Below are positions 23,045 to 37,304 of a DNA stretch of 64,000 bases, piece by piece. Below the pieces are notes generated by a model. That model was not told the origin of the DNA. It saw only the letters and a list, made by a program, of their open reading frames with translations, and searched no databases. Both the position numbers and the translations under genes were made by a program. The stretch's first letter is position 1, and each line of letters starts with the position of its first letter. The stretch is from Podarcis filfolensis (lineage: Eukaryota), in the NCBI GenBank assembly GCA_964270895.1, contig OZ185435.1; one strand, given 5' to 3'.

Positions 23045-23435
23045 CCATATTTTCCTGTGTATAACACGCACCCCTATAGACAACCCCTATTTGGGGGGAC
23101 TCAAAATTAAAGAAATGGGGGGAGATTGCTCAGAGTTGTTGAGCTTTTTAAGGGGAGATTGCCCAGAGTTGCACAACTCACCGAAGCCATCGATCGTCTG
23201 CCCGCTAGCCACCAGCAACAGCCAAACACACGGCCACTTCCCACAGCAGCAGCCAGTCGCCAGCACGCATTGCTGCAGCCCAAAAACCACAGCCAAATCA
23301 CCGCTTAAAATCTCCTGCTCACAGCTGCGACCAATCGCACTTCCCCCCTCTGCACTATCCGTGTATAAGATGACCCCAAAAATTTAACAGTTCTTTGTAA
23401 TATAACAACCTCATCTTACACACAGAAAAAGACGG
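23045..23435. mobile_element. Non-autonomous Tc1/mariner (Tc2-like) element, 391 bp
   Basis: Imperfect TIRs CCATATTTTCCTGTGTATAAC vs the reverse complement CCGTCTTTTTCTGTGTGTAAG; TA on both sides (23043-23044, 23436-23437). Confidence 0.72.
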
Positions 23436-25339
23436 TAACCCCTTCTCTACATTTCCTGAACTCAAGCACAAAAAACATTGGGAACAATGAAAGGCAGTCT
23501 GTTCCTGAATGACCAAGGTTGTCTGGCAACATAGCTGTCAGATGTCCCTTAACTTTCTGCCTAGTGGCCCAGGTGGTAGCGATCTCTGTAGAAAGATATC
23601 TGCCACTTTCTACAGCTTCAAAGTTGGGATAAAGGCAGGCTGCTCACTACAGTGAAGTTACATCCTTGCCACGGTGAGCATAATTGGACATCTTCCCTGT
23701 TGTTATGCTAAATTTATAAAACTCAAAAGGGTTTTGTATTGGGCAAGACATTACTGTTGTAAGTAATGTGGAGTTGCAGGGGTGGGGAGAGACGTGGAAA
23801 GAGAGGGAAGGAAGGAAGGAATGGATGGGGGTTGGTGAAATTTCATTATATTGCATTGTAATGGTATATGAACAAAGTTTTGTGTCAGAGTCCCATAAAT
23901 AGGTACCTTATTTTTGTTGGCGGTATGAGAGTCTGGAGTGCCCAGGGCATGGTTGGTTGCAGATGGCTGGTTGCCTGACTTCTGTAGAATTAAGAAACAG
24001 CCTCTAGTGCATACAGCTGCATGTGTGATTAGGAGCCCTGGCCAGCCATCAGCACAGATCCAACACCCCATAGCCTGTTCTCACTTTTTGCTCAGAGAGC
24101 AGAGGTTGTTTGGGCAGGGCTTCTGCATGTTTGGTGAGAAGGGACGAAATAAGTAGCCACAATCCCACTCCCCTCCATGACTAGATGGAACATGAGAAAG
24201 GACCTATAGTTAAGGGGGTGGGGACAACTTACAACTTTGAACATGCCCAGTGAAATTGCATTTATTCATTATGATGCTACTAAGTCATTTTTAAGAAAAC
24301 ATTCTTTCACATGGAAAATGTTCTGCCCCACATCACTTCTAGTATACTAGGATGGGTGAGGAGGTAGTAGGAAGTGAAAGAGAGCAGATTTCCAGGAGGG
24401 AACACACTAAAATGCCAGCTTGTCTTCTAGCAGTGATGGCTGCCAGTTGCTCCAAAACCCCAGCATTCATTTTCACTACCACCCCACCAGTTAACTACCT
24501 GCATGCATATGACGGAGTAGCTGCATATGGCACCATTTTGAGAATATGTGAATTCTTTTCTGCTGGCTGTCAGTTGCGAAGCCAAACTTCCAAATGTTAC
24601 TAAACCAGGTTAACAAGTTGTATGATTATGAAACAAATGAGGCTAATTGCTTTCACGTTGTTATGCTGCTAGGGTGCATCTTTTAATTGTTTCAGTTGGA
24701 CCTTGGGGAAGGGAGAAGTCTACAGCAGAAATAATTTTGAGAGAGCTACTGAAATTGAATTGCTCAATAATTACTGAGGCCTTTTAAAATTGCGTCTGAC
24801 AACATTTTTTGTCTGCAAAACCTTCCCCTACTCCTCCGATAGGAAAACACCTGCTAGGGAGGGAAATTTGAGACCAGTGTATATAAGCAAGGAGAACAGT
24901 AATCTTGTTCACGTGCTTTAGACTTGTTTTTTCTGTCTCAGTAAATATGAGAAATCTTTCATACCAGGAGTGTGAAAGCATTTTGCAGCAATATTTTGTG
25001 CAGCAGGCAAATAGTTGTACATATGACACTGCACAATAACATTGAATAGCCCCCACAACCCTGTTGGCTTTCTACCTGCATGCTTTTTGTTCATGGTCTT
25101 CTACAGTTGTGAAGTTGGGATTTGTAAGATAAAGTGGGAAGGTTATCTGCCCTTGCCTACTGGCCCTGTTGCTAAACCTGTGCAGGTGGCAGGTGCTTAC
25201 CTTGCTTGTTTGCTTAACTGTTTACCTTAATGCTTTGTCACTGAGGCTGAGACTCTTGTCTGCTGGGATTCTGCTAATTCTTGTAGAACTGCCACCATCT
25301 CCCTCCTTCTGCCTACTTGTTTCTGTCTGCCATCTTTCT

Positions 25340-26126
25340 TTGGGTGTAATCTTCGATGCCTCCCTCTCCATGGAGGCGCAGATTGCAGCTATAACAAAGG
25401 CGGCATTTTTTCATCTCCGCCAAGCTAAGCAGTTGGCTCCTTACCTCTCTCGCCCTGACCTAGCCACTGTGATCCACGCGACGGTCACCTCCAGACTGGA
25501 ATATTGTAACTCGCTCTACGTGGGGCTGCCCTTGAGACTGACCCAGAAACTCCAGCGGGTGCAGAATGCTGCAGCGAGACTCCTTACGGGGTCTTCGCTG
25601 CGAGATCACATTCACTCGGTGCTATACCAGCTGCACTGGCTCCCGGTGGAGTACAGGATTAGGTTTAAGGTGCTGGTTTTAACCTTTAAAGCCCTATACA
25701 GCCTAGGATCCTCGTACCTACGGGACCGCCTCTCCTGGTATGCCCCACAGAGAAACTTACGGTCTTCAAATAAAAACATCTTGAAGGTCCCAGGCCACAG
25801 AGAAGTTAGGCTGACCTCAACTAGAGCCAGGGCTTTTTCGGCTGTGGCTCCGACCTGGTGGAACACTCTATCACAAGAGACTAGAGCCCTGCGGGACTTG
25901 ACATCTTTCCGCAGGGCCTGCAAGACAGAGCTGTTCCGCCAGGCCTTTGGCCAGGGCGCAGCCTGACTCCCTCCCTTGGCAATCTTCGCGGAGCTCTGGC
26001 CCAATGGTGGCCAGTGGCTTGAATTTAATTAATTTTATAATGAATGATTTTAGAGTGTTGTTTGTGCTGTACTTTTGTACTATTTTATTGTTGTTAGCCG
26101 CCCTGAGCCCGGCTTCGGCTGGGGAG
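25340..26126 (+). mobile_element. Young 5'-truncated L2 LINE with open ORF2 C-terminus
   Basis: LGVIFDASLSMEAQI..SRLEYCNSLYVGLP..LQRVQNAAARLLTG..LHWLPVEYRIRFKVL..AFSAVAPTWWNTL, open to TGA at 25966; the 3' UTR runs into the gap. Confidence 0.93.
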
Positions 26127-26262
26127 NNNNNNNNNNNNNNNNNNNNNNNNNNNNNNNNNNNNNNNNNNNNNNNNNNNNNNNNNNNNNNNNNNNNNNNNNN
26201 NNNNNNNNNNNNNNNNNNNNNNNNNNNNNNNNNNNNNNNNNNNNNNNNNNNNNNNNNNNNNN
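26127..26262. other. Assembly gap (136 N)
   Basis: Run of N. Confidence 1.
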
Positions 26263-29200
26263 CTATCTTCCTTTCAAACACCAGCCAGTGCTCCAACTGG
26301 CCTATCTGGAAGTGGAGGAATGCAGTTGTAGGCGGTGGCGGCAGCAGCTTACACCCTGCAAACTACTGAGTGCTGAGAAGTGGTGACAAAGAGTTGTGTG
26401 CTTGGCACCAGTAGTACCAGGAAAGGAGAGGGAGGTGCAAATTCATTGTGTGGCGGTGGAATGAGGGGCAGTCTTTTTGCAGGTGCAGGGAAGGGACCAT
26501 TGACACACAGTCCCAATATTACAACCAAACTATGGGTTGTCCGTAATCTGGCTGTAAAGGGCTTACATGGTCACTTATTTACTCTCCCCTTCCATCCTGC
26601 ACTTCCTGGTTTCTGTCAACCACACTTTATCCTGACACCAGAATTGTTCAGACAGTGGTTACCACAAACCATGGCTTCTGGTTCTATTTTTGAAGCATAC
26701 TATGAACCTTAATCTTCCCAATTCAGACATCATGTCAAGCTATTGTCATTGAAAATCAAGAAGCTTAGATGAGAGTTGGCATTGCCATTAGCTTGCTTTT
26801 CCCTCTTGTGTTCCCAGTGGTGAAAACCTGTTTTCATTGGTGCCATGCTATTAAAACCAGAGTTGGTTAGAGCTCTTTAAAGAGAATGTGTGTGTTTCTA
26901 AATACTCAGTGATTTTCTCAAGATGGCATACTGTGTTGGCTTGAAGGTTTCTTGATCTTTAGATGTCTATAACCATGCTGTGCTGTTTAGTTATCACTGA
27001 CAAGAGTTTCTGTTTGAAGCTCACTTGCTTAAGCTAATCCGCTTTAAGTTTACAACTGTTCATTTTTCTTCCCTTCAGTGGACTGGTGTGTTTTTTTCAT
27101 GCCACCAAGCCGTACTTTTGCAAAGCATTCTGTGGTTCAACATAGATGCACTTTTTCTGACAACTTGCTGCTTTCTCTTCTCCTATTCAAAAGTTGTTCT
27201 TGTCTTTCTTCTTTGGCATAAGTTCATCCACATCTTAAATACACTGGAATAGAATATGCATTTCCCATACACAGCTTATTGCAGTCATGCAGCACAGAAG
27301 ACCTATAAATCAGAGCTGTTAACCAATCTATGCTTACATACTGTTTGTGTGTGAGGGAGCAGATGAGCAATGAATTTCACCACTTACTGGCTACAAGGCA
27401 GTTGTGTTGCTGGTACTAAATGTTTCATTATGGGGTGGGAAATTGAAACATGACTGTAGAGATGAACTTGTGATATTTAAGTTGAACTTCCTCTTCAAAA
27501 GGTGTGCCCTGACTGTAGACTGCTCAACTCAGAGAGGCTCACCCGGTGTCTTCCTTGATGCCCTTCTTGCACTTAGCAAATACCTCTTTATTCCCTCAGG
27601 CCTTATGTATGTATCTATGTATTTCTGCACTGTCAAATTACCAAATAGCAGGGTGCTGTACAATAATAAGCACCATTAAAAAAATACAAATTGTTTAGTT
27701 TCTCACTGGCATATCCCTCTGTGATTTTAGACTTGATTTGTCTTTTCATTGCATTTCACACTTTGTTTTCTGATAGTTTGCTCCCCTGAGAACTTACTCA
27801 GATGTGGAATAGAAATGCAGTCAATCAGTTGCTAAAGTAGGTGGGATGTAAAGAGCTCTGTTCTGGGCCTCTGCACATACAGCCCCTTTGCTTTGCAAAA
27901 GACCACCTTGAAGCGCTTGCAGAAACAGTCTCTGGCATACCACAAGGAACATCAAAAGTGGAGAACAGAAGCTTTCTTGTACATGCACCAGAGCACTTGA
28001 ACCCTTGCTTAGAATTTTTTGTATCCTATCCTATATGTTTTAAAACAAATCTGACTCTGATTTACATAGGCTGCTTGCCAACTCCTGTTGCAAGGTAGGC
28101 TTGCATAATTATTGTAACAAGTATATCTGATCTACCTTTACACAGACATAGCACTGTGACACAGATGTCACCATGGTGGTGCCCACAGAGGCATATGCTT
28201 CTGTGCACAGAGTCTCCCCGCCCTCACTGAAATTAAACACAAAAGAAGCATTCTGATAGTTTCCCTGGTTTGCAGTTGTGTCCATGACCCAAAAAGGTCG
28301 GGAGCCTTTATGGACAGGAAGGAGTTCACTTATTCCAAAAACTTCTTCTTAACTCTAATCCAGAACTTCTGCCTCGTGCTGCCTTAGAGTTAAAATACTT
28401 CTGCACCTCTTACGACCCTGACAATCAATTTACAATGTATGTATAAACCAGCTGGTTCTCATTTTTAGAATTCAAGGAGTGCTGTAAAATGACATTTTAT
28501 TCATAGCTTACTTGGAATAAAACATGTCAGTTCCAAGACAAAAGCAAATTAAGACTTCTATGCATTTCTTAACATTTCATAAAGCAGGTGTCTGTGGGAT
28601 TTTTGTTTTTATTGCATGCTGCAATACTAAATAATTGAATAATTTTGTAATTCTCACCTGTTCTTACTAGGCAGTTTCCACATGATCAAAAACATCTCTA
28701 CAATTTAACAAAAGTACAAAATCAGAATTTGACACAACCATTTAGGATAGAGAGAATGCACAGTGATTAACCATCACCACCACATTAGAACATCTCCTTG
28801 GCAACCCAAGATAAAATTATGCAAACTGCATTTAGTTTGTTGATAACTTATTTACATCTAAATGAAAGATGAACACCTAAGATTTTGACTTTTGTGGTGT
28901 GCATATTATAGGACTGTGAACAGTTTATTTTACACTGAAATGCCAGTATCCGTAATACATTTATTTTTCAACCAAGGTGCTAAGATCTTTGAGGTTTCGG
29001 TATTACTGTTTGTATTATGCTACTTGATACTTACATATAGTACTTGATAATTGACATGTTGGTGTGTTTGCACTTGAAAAAAACCTGTTGCTTAAGGGCC
29101 AAAGTAGACATTACACACAGATGTGAGTAACATCTCTTTAGGAACCTAAAAAATCAAATCAAAAATTTTGAGAGATGGTGAGTAATCTTTTCCCTAGGGC

Positions 29201-31559
29201 TGTTTTTTATTATCCAAATATGCCACCCTCCAAACCTATTTATCTCTCCCCCGCCCCCCCCCCTGGAGACTTATATTTGAAACTTGCTGGCTGTAGTACT
29301 ACTCTGAATTGAGAAACAACTACTGGGGAGAGGGAAGTAGATACACCACCTGTTTCTCCTCCTGAACACCCTGTCCTGAAGCCGCTGCTGATTAGCCAGC
29401 AGGGTAACCTTAAAGAAACCCATGCATTTGGCCATAAAATGCAGCCAAATTGGAATCATTCTAATTTCAAAGAGGAAAAATAATATTGGACAGTTAGAGT
29501 GGCTAACCATTGAGTCTGACTTGATACTACATTAAGGACCGGATTTAGACATTGCCCTAGTTTGCATGGAACACTAAACTCTGGATGGGGTGAGTTTCCT
29601 CATAGGAACCTTCTCGCATGCTGGCAGTGGGTGGGAATAGAGGCAGAAATGGGTGGGCGAGAGGCAAAACAGTCAATGGAGCAGCAGCTGTCGTTCTTAC
29701 CTTTGAATTATGGGCCACATTCCAGCCTTGCAAAACCCAGAGGTTTTCCCACATGTAGATCTCTCTTTCCGTCCAGGCAAGCAAAAGGGATGATCATATT
29801 TCAAAGAGATATTCTGGGCAGGCAAAAGCACTTGAGGAAGTGAAGCAGTGCCAGTGAGGTGAGCTTGTATTGAGGTGAGCTTGCATTAGACCCCCGGGCC
29901 TGAGGCTCCACACCCCAGCACTAAACCATTGCTTAGTGTAGGGTTGGCTAATATCTTTTTCAGCCTAAGGGCCATAGTGAAAGCTGCTCACTTATGGCAT
30001 GGGCATGACAAACATGGATAGTTTGTGTCTGCATACACAACATTTTTCAACCCCACAATAGGCTAGGAGTGTGGGTTGAGATAAACAAAGGGAAGTAAAA
30101 TCAGGATAGTCTTAGTGCCTTTTCTCCCTCTGGCACAGTACCTTTGTAAGGAAGTCTTCGTGCTCTTTCCTATTTCTCAGGTCTCCAAAACCACCTTCCA
30201 AGACAAGGCTTTCCTACCCCTGATTTTGGTCGAAGGTTGGTAGGCCATAAAGGTGGTTCTGTGGATCAGAACCAGGCCAAGGTTCCGTGCTACATGCATG
30301 AGGTGGAACAAAGCCAAGTGAAGCATTGGGTTCCATTTCCTCCTTACCCATTTTACAGGGAGAGCTTTGCAAGGCCCCATCCCCACGTTCCTCTAATCTC
30401 TGCTTGTTGCATATAAGCAAAATATTGCAGTTTAGCACATATACTGGTTAGTTCAAAATAAGCTAGCTTTAGATGGCGAGTTAAGAAGCTGACTTGTTAA
30501 ACTAAGCTGAACTTTCCGTAAACTCCAGTTTCTATTTCGTACACAAGGACAAGCTAAGATGAGGGGAAAGTGAAAGAAAATGCTGGCAAAATCCTTCTCC
30601 TGGATGTACAAGATAGGGGAATGCATGAGCCTGAGGCTTTGTTTAGGCTCATTGCAGCTTGTGCGCATAGCACTGAAGAACGGTTTAGCATCATACGCAA
30701 GGACTTCCAGTGAGTTACTATGTCCTTTATAGGAAGCACCTACTGTTTTGAATGACCTAGAGAATGTCAGGTTTTTTGTGCTGATTTGTCAAGTAAGTAC
30801 AATCATAGGGTTAATCATCAGAGAAGAGAGAAATCTGCTGTAATACCTTTTTTTGTTTAACAAAATGTTGCACCAAACCAAAGAATGGAAATCTTTATGC
30901 ATTCATGTAGCACAATTGCATGGTGTGCAGTGCTGAATTGCCATCTGAAGAGCTTAGTCAAAAGATGGAAGTTGACACAATAGATAATAAACAGTGGTGG
31001 TATGTGTACTGAATGAATGCCTTTTGGATGATGCTAGCAATCTCCATCTCCACTTATCTGAAGTCATGCAGATCTTTGGCAACAAGTCTCAGTGGCTTGA
31101 AATTGTGTTTAAGGAGCATCAGAATTTAGATTTAATCTCTGCTTTAAACACATAAGGGTGCAGAAGAATATAAAGCAGGCAATAAGGGAGAAAATCCTTG
31201 TTTTGAGGGTGTCATCTGAAGCCTGAAAGAGGAATTGAATCATTGCTTTGTGAATGTGTATGGAGCCTAAAAATTAGCCCAGCCGAAGACGGGTAAATGG
31301 GGTATGCAGAGAGCAGGTTGGGATAACCCTTGAAAGATTCTGAATTGATGTGTCTAATGAATGTATTTGGACTTTTCTATCCACCGCATAGCCTTTGTTG
31401 CATATAACCACAAGCAATAGCCCTTTGTGTTGATGAAAAGTGGCATATAAATGCTGGTATGAATAAAATGAATACTCCCAGTATATCTTAATGATAGAAC
31501 TTCTTGTTCTGTAAATATTGGCCATTTATTGTTCAAAATCACTCTGAAACATCAAGATA

Positions 31560-31820
31560 CCCTGAGGCATTTTTGATAGGCCCCTTGGCAATTTTGCTTT
31601 GAGGTTGTGCAAGGATCCATCTTAACCTCCGTGTTGTTAAATACCTATATGAAACAGCTGGGGAACATCATTTGGGAAACAATGTCAACAATATGCAGAT
31701 TATTCCCAGCTGTCTTTCTATTCCACCTGAAATCAGGTGATGCTGTGAAGATGCCAGACCAGAGTCTGGTGACACTAATGAGCTGTATGTGGGCCAGTAA
31801 ATTGAACTGAGCCTTTGCCC
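31560..31820 (+). mobile_element. Old L2 reverse-transcriptase fragment
   Basis: VQGSILTSVLLNTYMKQLGNII resembles PQGSILSPMLFNIYMKPLGEII. Confidence 0.7.
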
Positions 31821-31834
31821 ATATAGTTCTCAAC

Positions 31835-32120
31835 AGATTACAGTCAGTTGCTTACAAGTCTTTCCCGAGTCACACACAGTGTACCTTTGGAGCTCAGAGG
31901 TCAACAGTCAACATGATTTTTTCACTGCATCAACTGCAGGAGAAGTGCCGAGAGCAGAGACGCCCCTTGTACATCACCTTCATAGGCCTGACAAAGGCCT
32001 TTGATCTCTTCAGCTGAAAAGGACTCTTCACACTGCTCAGCAAGATAGGTGGCTCACCTAAGATTGTTTTCTTCCACAAGAAAGTGCACAGCACTGTCCA
32101 ATATGGCGGCTCATCCCCCT
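31835..32120 (+). mobile_element. Old RTE-clade reverse-transcriptase fragment
   Basis: From 31931 it reads QLQEKCREQRRPLYITFIGLTKAFDL, the RTE QEKCRE..FIDLTKAFD motif. Confidence 0.8.
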
Positions 32121-34801
32121 GGGATGATGGTCAAAGAGTGTTCTGCCCTAGCCGTACAGACCCAGGGCAATTCAAAAAACTGAAGGAGAGCAGGACTTTG
32201 TGTTTGGGGCAGTAATTTACCATTAAAAACAGCAACACCCTCAGTTGGTTCCTCTGGGTGCATAAATAAGAAAACTGACTTGCAGTGTGATTTTTCAAGG
32301 ATTTGTGTTTGCTAAATTGTGTCAGTTATTAATATAAATATTGGCATAATCATTTATTAACTCTGACTGCTTCCCACCACAACTTCTAAATGTTGCTTAA
32401 TACATTGCCCCTCTGTTCATTTAAGAATGTGAAAGCAATTTTTACACCTTGGCTTAAGATACAGTTTTTGCTTAAGCTGGGGTGATAGGCTTAGAGATTT
32501 GGGGGCAATGATGTGGAAAGTTTTTTTTTTTGTTGTGTGGTCTTCTGAAGTTTAGATAGTTACATTTGTCCCAAATAAAACTTAGCTGAATATTTGAAAA
32601 TCCACAGTTGATACCAATAGTGACGGGTAATTTTGTGCTTGCTTTCAGTGTCACAAAATAGAACAAACTGTCACTTCTACTGTAATTATACATAGTAAGC
32701 AAAGAATACTCAATGTAATGAAATGAAATGCAGTGGGTACCCATGAGTAGTAACTAGGGCTGCCACATTTCACAGATCCTGAATCCTCCACCTTTTGAAG
32801 CAGAAATATAGCTGGCGATTCTCACAACTTTGTCGGCCTTCTCCGGCTGCTGGGAATTGTAATCCAAAACACCTGGAGGATGCAAGGTGACAGAAGGATG
32901 CTTTACGTCCATGTTAGGAAAAAATGGACTGCTTAACAGCAGTCTGACATATAGATGATAAATAGGTGAAACTTTTTCCTGTTACCTTATATATTTGTCG
33001 GAAAAAGCCTAATCTGAATTGTGTGTCAGGTTGTTACAGGAACAGAAGCAGACCAAGGAAAAAGGTGGCAGCCTAAGGAGTACCTGAATTTAAGTCACCA
33101 TGTATCTTTCACCTTGGTATAAAAGGTTTATCTAGGACTCTTAAAACAGTATTTTCATTTGCTGCACATTAGCATTGGCTACATCTTACTCTGGTTTTGT
33201 TTTGGGTAGTGCAGGTGGGGAAGAGAAAATTGAACCATAGCGGATGCTGTTGCCACTTAGCTGTGAATAGATTGATGTTGGTATTTGGTAATCCTACCAG
33301 CAATATTAGAAGAGCAGAGATTTGGATTGTGGTAAACTGTAATATTTGGTAAATTGTCATATAATTCACGAAATTTTATTCAATAAAATGTTGTGATAGT
33401 CTCCAGTCTAAATGGTAAATTTGTAGAGAATGTTAAGCACGATAGCTAAATTGAACCACCATGTTCAAAGGAAGTATGCCAAAATACCAGGAATTGGGGA
33501 TAAACATCAGTAGAAGTTTGTTTGCTTCATACCATACTTGCAGATTTCCTGGAAGATTATGTTGGAAATGGGGTGTGGATTAGATAGAACCCTATGCAAA
33601 ATCATATTTTGTCATCCAGGCACCTTGGGGTTAGCATAAGAGATCGACTTCACTATCTCTTGCCAAGAAAAAATGGGCACATAAAATGCAATGTGTGTAT
33701 GTGTTTCTGGGCTTGCTTGGCTCTAATTTGATGCTAGATCTGTTTCTGATGACTGTCCTTTACCAGTGTGTCATGCAGAAACGTCTTCACACTGAGTATC
33801 TGTCTTGCAGAGAATAGTTTAGCAATGGTATTAATGTGTTCCTCCAGCATGGTAAGAATAATGAATGAAAAATATTACGGCTCCCAAGATGTTTAAGAGC
33901 AAAGACCACCAGTCCTTTTCTCCTCCCGTCTAATAAAAAAAGTCATTGTTCAGAGGCCCATTTAGACAGGTGAGACATGTATCCTTCAGAGCATTAAAAA
34001 CCAAGAGTTAGTTAAAGGATAGTTAATGTATTTGCTTCCTCTGTTTTACTTATGGGGTGCTCTTTATATTTGTAACAAACCCTTTAAAAATTGCTTGCCC
34101 CCAGGTCCAGTGGTTAGCCCTCTGGCTTGCACAGTCTCTTAAATTTAGTGGACTCTTATTAAATATGTTCGTGTTGTAATATGAAATGGCAAAGAGGTCA
34201 TATTTAATTCAGTGCTTTTGGAAACGGTATCTGAAGCATTTAGACATAATGAAATGTTCAGTGCTTTTATTCCAACTCTTTTAAGTACTGAGGCTGGATC
34301 TGAGGAAGCATGGTAGTATAACTTGAAGAGTCACTTAGTGTGAGTGGAAACACAGAGCACCTTTCAGATACAACCTCCTAACAAACTTAGGAACTGCTTC
34401 AGATTGCGAAGAAGGGTTCATATTGTGCAGTGGTGGCGAACTTACGGCATGTGTGCCAGAGAGGGCACTCAGAGCCTTCTCTGTGGGCGCGTGTGCCGTT
34501 GCTTCCGTGCCGGGGGTGGGGGAAGAGGAGGAGAGGAGGGCTCACGCGCGCCGTCCAAATTCTGTGGCACCAGGGCCTGGCGAGCGAACAAGGGGCTGAG
34601 CAAGCATTGACTTTTGATGCGCCAGGGCCTCCCGCCAGTCTGTTTTTCCTACTTGGGAGTAAGCTGCCTTGAGTTCAGCAGGGCTCAACACCTAGGCCAT
34701 TAAGCATATAAAGACGGCAACCTAAGAAAGGGCTGCTGGGTTTACAACAGAGAAATTCATTCCATTGAGGCTGCGATCAAACGGCAGCCAAAGAAACAGC
34801 A

Positions 34802-34811
34802 AATAATAATG

Positions 34812-34852
<41 letters not shown>
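34802..34852. repeat. (AAT)n microsatellite, probably the tail of a minus-strand L2/SINE end
   Basis: AAT run followed by TATTTATATCCCGCCC. Confidence 0.9.
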
Positions 34853-34853
<1 letters not shown>

Positions 34854-35073
34854 GTATTATTTATATCCCGCCCATTTGGTTGGGTTTATTTATTTATTTT
34901 TATTTGTATGTGTGCACGCAGACTATCACTATTATCTCACATTAAAAATTGGGAGAGGGTGGGTCTTAGTACAGCCCTCCAGTGTGCTAGTGGCCAAAAT
35001 TGTGGAACCTTCTGGAAAAAACGTATTTGCGAGGTTTGATGGCTCATAACACCACTTTGTTTTGGAGTAATAC

Positions 35074-35248
35074 CAGTGCTTTTTTCCTGTGGGGACGCAT
35101 ACCCCTAAACATTTTGTGAATTTAATGGGAGAAGAAATTCACTGTATTTATTTCCCCCGATTTGAACTGTATTGATTTCCCCCCGGTGGTGATTTTCTTG
35201 AGTCAATATGAGAATGCCATTAAACATTTTTTTAGAAAAAAAGCACTG
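35074..35248. mobile_element. 175-bp hAT MITE nested in the 34428-35478 element
   Basis: TIRs CAGTGCTTTTTT / AAAAAAGCACTG; 8-bp flanks AGTAATAC (35066-35073) and AGTTATAC (35249-35256), 7/8 match. Confidence 0.82.
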
Positions 35249-37304
35249 AGTTATACCATAAAATTATATATCAGTGGGAAGATAATTTAATGAAGAATGT
35301 AATGCAATAACTTTTATGAAGGATTATTTATTACAACAGCAGCCATAAAGAAGAAACGTGAAACACACAGAAAAAATGAGATATAAAGGTTAAATTGCCG
35401 TGTTGGCACTTTGTGATAAATAAGTGGGTTTGGGGTTGCAGTTTGGGCACTCAGTCTCTAAAAGGTTCGCCACCACTGATATAGTATAATTGGTATTGTT
35501 ACCTTGAAAGCCATGTTTCCTGTCCACAGGAAAACAGAAAATTAGAGTTTACAATAAATCTGGGTGAAGTTTCCAGTAGTTAGAATGAAACCTCTGTGGA
35601 CAAATTGGAGGGAAAGGCAAGTGCACATAAAACAAATATTGTTCCCAAGCCATTTGGAATTCAGTTTTCTCCTATAAAGGAGGTAGAAAATAAACTCATT
35701 TGCTTACCTTATGCTGGCTCACGGGAAAGCCTAAGGCTGCAGTCCCAACAATACTAAGTACCATTGAATTCAATAGGACTTCTGAGTAGACATAGGTAGG
35801 CTTGTTCTGTTAATCACAGTTCTTCTAATATATTTGCCAACTGCTTGCTCCCAATATCACAGCCTTTAAAGTCTACTTGTGATTAAGTTCCTAATACATT
35901 ATATTTAAGATCTTAGTTTAAATCACCAAAGGCAGCAGAGATTGCTATTGCTGCACCAGGTGTTGGGTCTTTGACCTCAAGACCACTCTCTCCCCACCAC
36001 AGAGAGGTAGGTCAGCAGCCTCCCAGCTGTTCTTCCCACTGCCCTAGGATTGTTCTCAGGATGTCCAAGTTAACACTATGTAGATTAAGTATTTAATTTA
36101 CTTGTCAGCTGTATAATTTGTACTAAAAAGTATTAAGGACGCTATTGCCACAACTGTCTCTTAATAGCAGGGGTCATATGGAAAAATACACCTTCCACAA
36201 TTCAGTTAGTTCCATTGTTGACCTTACTAGAATAATACATATTAACATTGCTCTTGTAATCTTTAAGCATCTTCATGATGGACAGTAAAGATGAAACTAG
36301 ATGTTAGGCTTGACAAAGATTGCAGAAACCTTGTGTTGAATTATTGCATCTCTCTCTAATGCTCAGGCACATTTACTTATGACATATCACCATGCACTAG
36401 TTATTTAAAATATTTGTATCCCACTCTTCAGCCAAAAATGATTCCAGAATGACTTACAAGATCAATAAAAAACAATGCAGCCCCCGCTGTGGGGCTTATA
36501 ATCTAAGGTATGATACAAAAGGAAAAAGGAATGTGAGTGGAGGATGCAAATGTTTTAAAAGTAGAGTGTTGTAGTGTAGTGTAATGGGCAAGAGAGATTC
36601 AATTTATGAGAAGTTGGAGAGCTTAACATGGAGCTGCTGTTTTATTGTGCCAATGCCGCACTGAACATTAAGTCTTTTTCTACCATATGTTTTAGGTAGT
36701 CCTACTGCATTGACTTGTGTCTGATACAGTGCTAAGTAACTGTCCCACCAGTTCAAGGGTTAATGCTTGTGCAACAGTACTTTTCTCCCATCTCCTCTCC
36801 CTAGGTGTTCCCTGCATCCTCCCCAAATGTACGTGTGAGGGTTGTGGGAATCCCCAGAACAGATTTAGGGGCACATGGTTCAGGTCCTGTGGGGGCCTGG
36901 TACAAATTGGCCTAAATGGAAGATGCAGAATTATCCTTTCAACAGGCTGATAAAATAGATTAGACTGGTGGAGTGACCTATCTGGGGTACCTGATGAACC
37001 TCATAGCCTTCAAAACCAGAAGCTCTATGCCATTGCATTACTCTTCTGTGATAATGGATAATGACTCTGATGACCAGAGATGAAGCAGCAATGCATTTCA
37101 TGTAGAGCATGAAGCTTATTGGCACACCACTTAATACAGTGGAGTTACAGATTCTTGGAACATTTTGCTTCAAACAAGGATGGCCACCTGCCAGCAGTTT
37201 CATGTCATCCGAATCTTGTACTAAGGTGTTAATATACAGTAAAACCTTTGGTCCACTATGTTTACTTGTAAGGGAACTTCTTGTTAAGGAATTGAGATAT
37301 CCAT

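Larger units (their letters stand above)
34428..35478. mobile_element. Non-autonomous hAT element (about 1.05 kb) containing nested insertions
   Basis: TIRs CAGTGGTGGCGAAC at 34428 and GTTCGCCACCACTG ending at 35478; flanks ATATTGTG vs ATATAGTA (6/8 match). Confidence 0.7.

Noticed and set aside
25169-25966. 265-aa ORF as a host gene nested in the intron
   Set aside because: The C-terminal part is L2 ORF2 and the N-terminal part is flanking non-coding sequence.
25871-26386. ORFs spanning X residues
   Set aside because: Artefacts of the N gap.
29855-29886. 16-bp tandem duplication TGAGGTGAGCTTG(T/C)AT
   Set aside because: Two copies only; ordinary slippage, not an array.
34809-35039. Poly-Ile ORF
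   Set aside because: Translation of an (AAT)n microsatellite.
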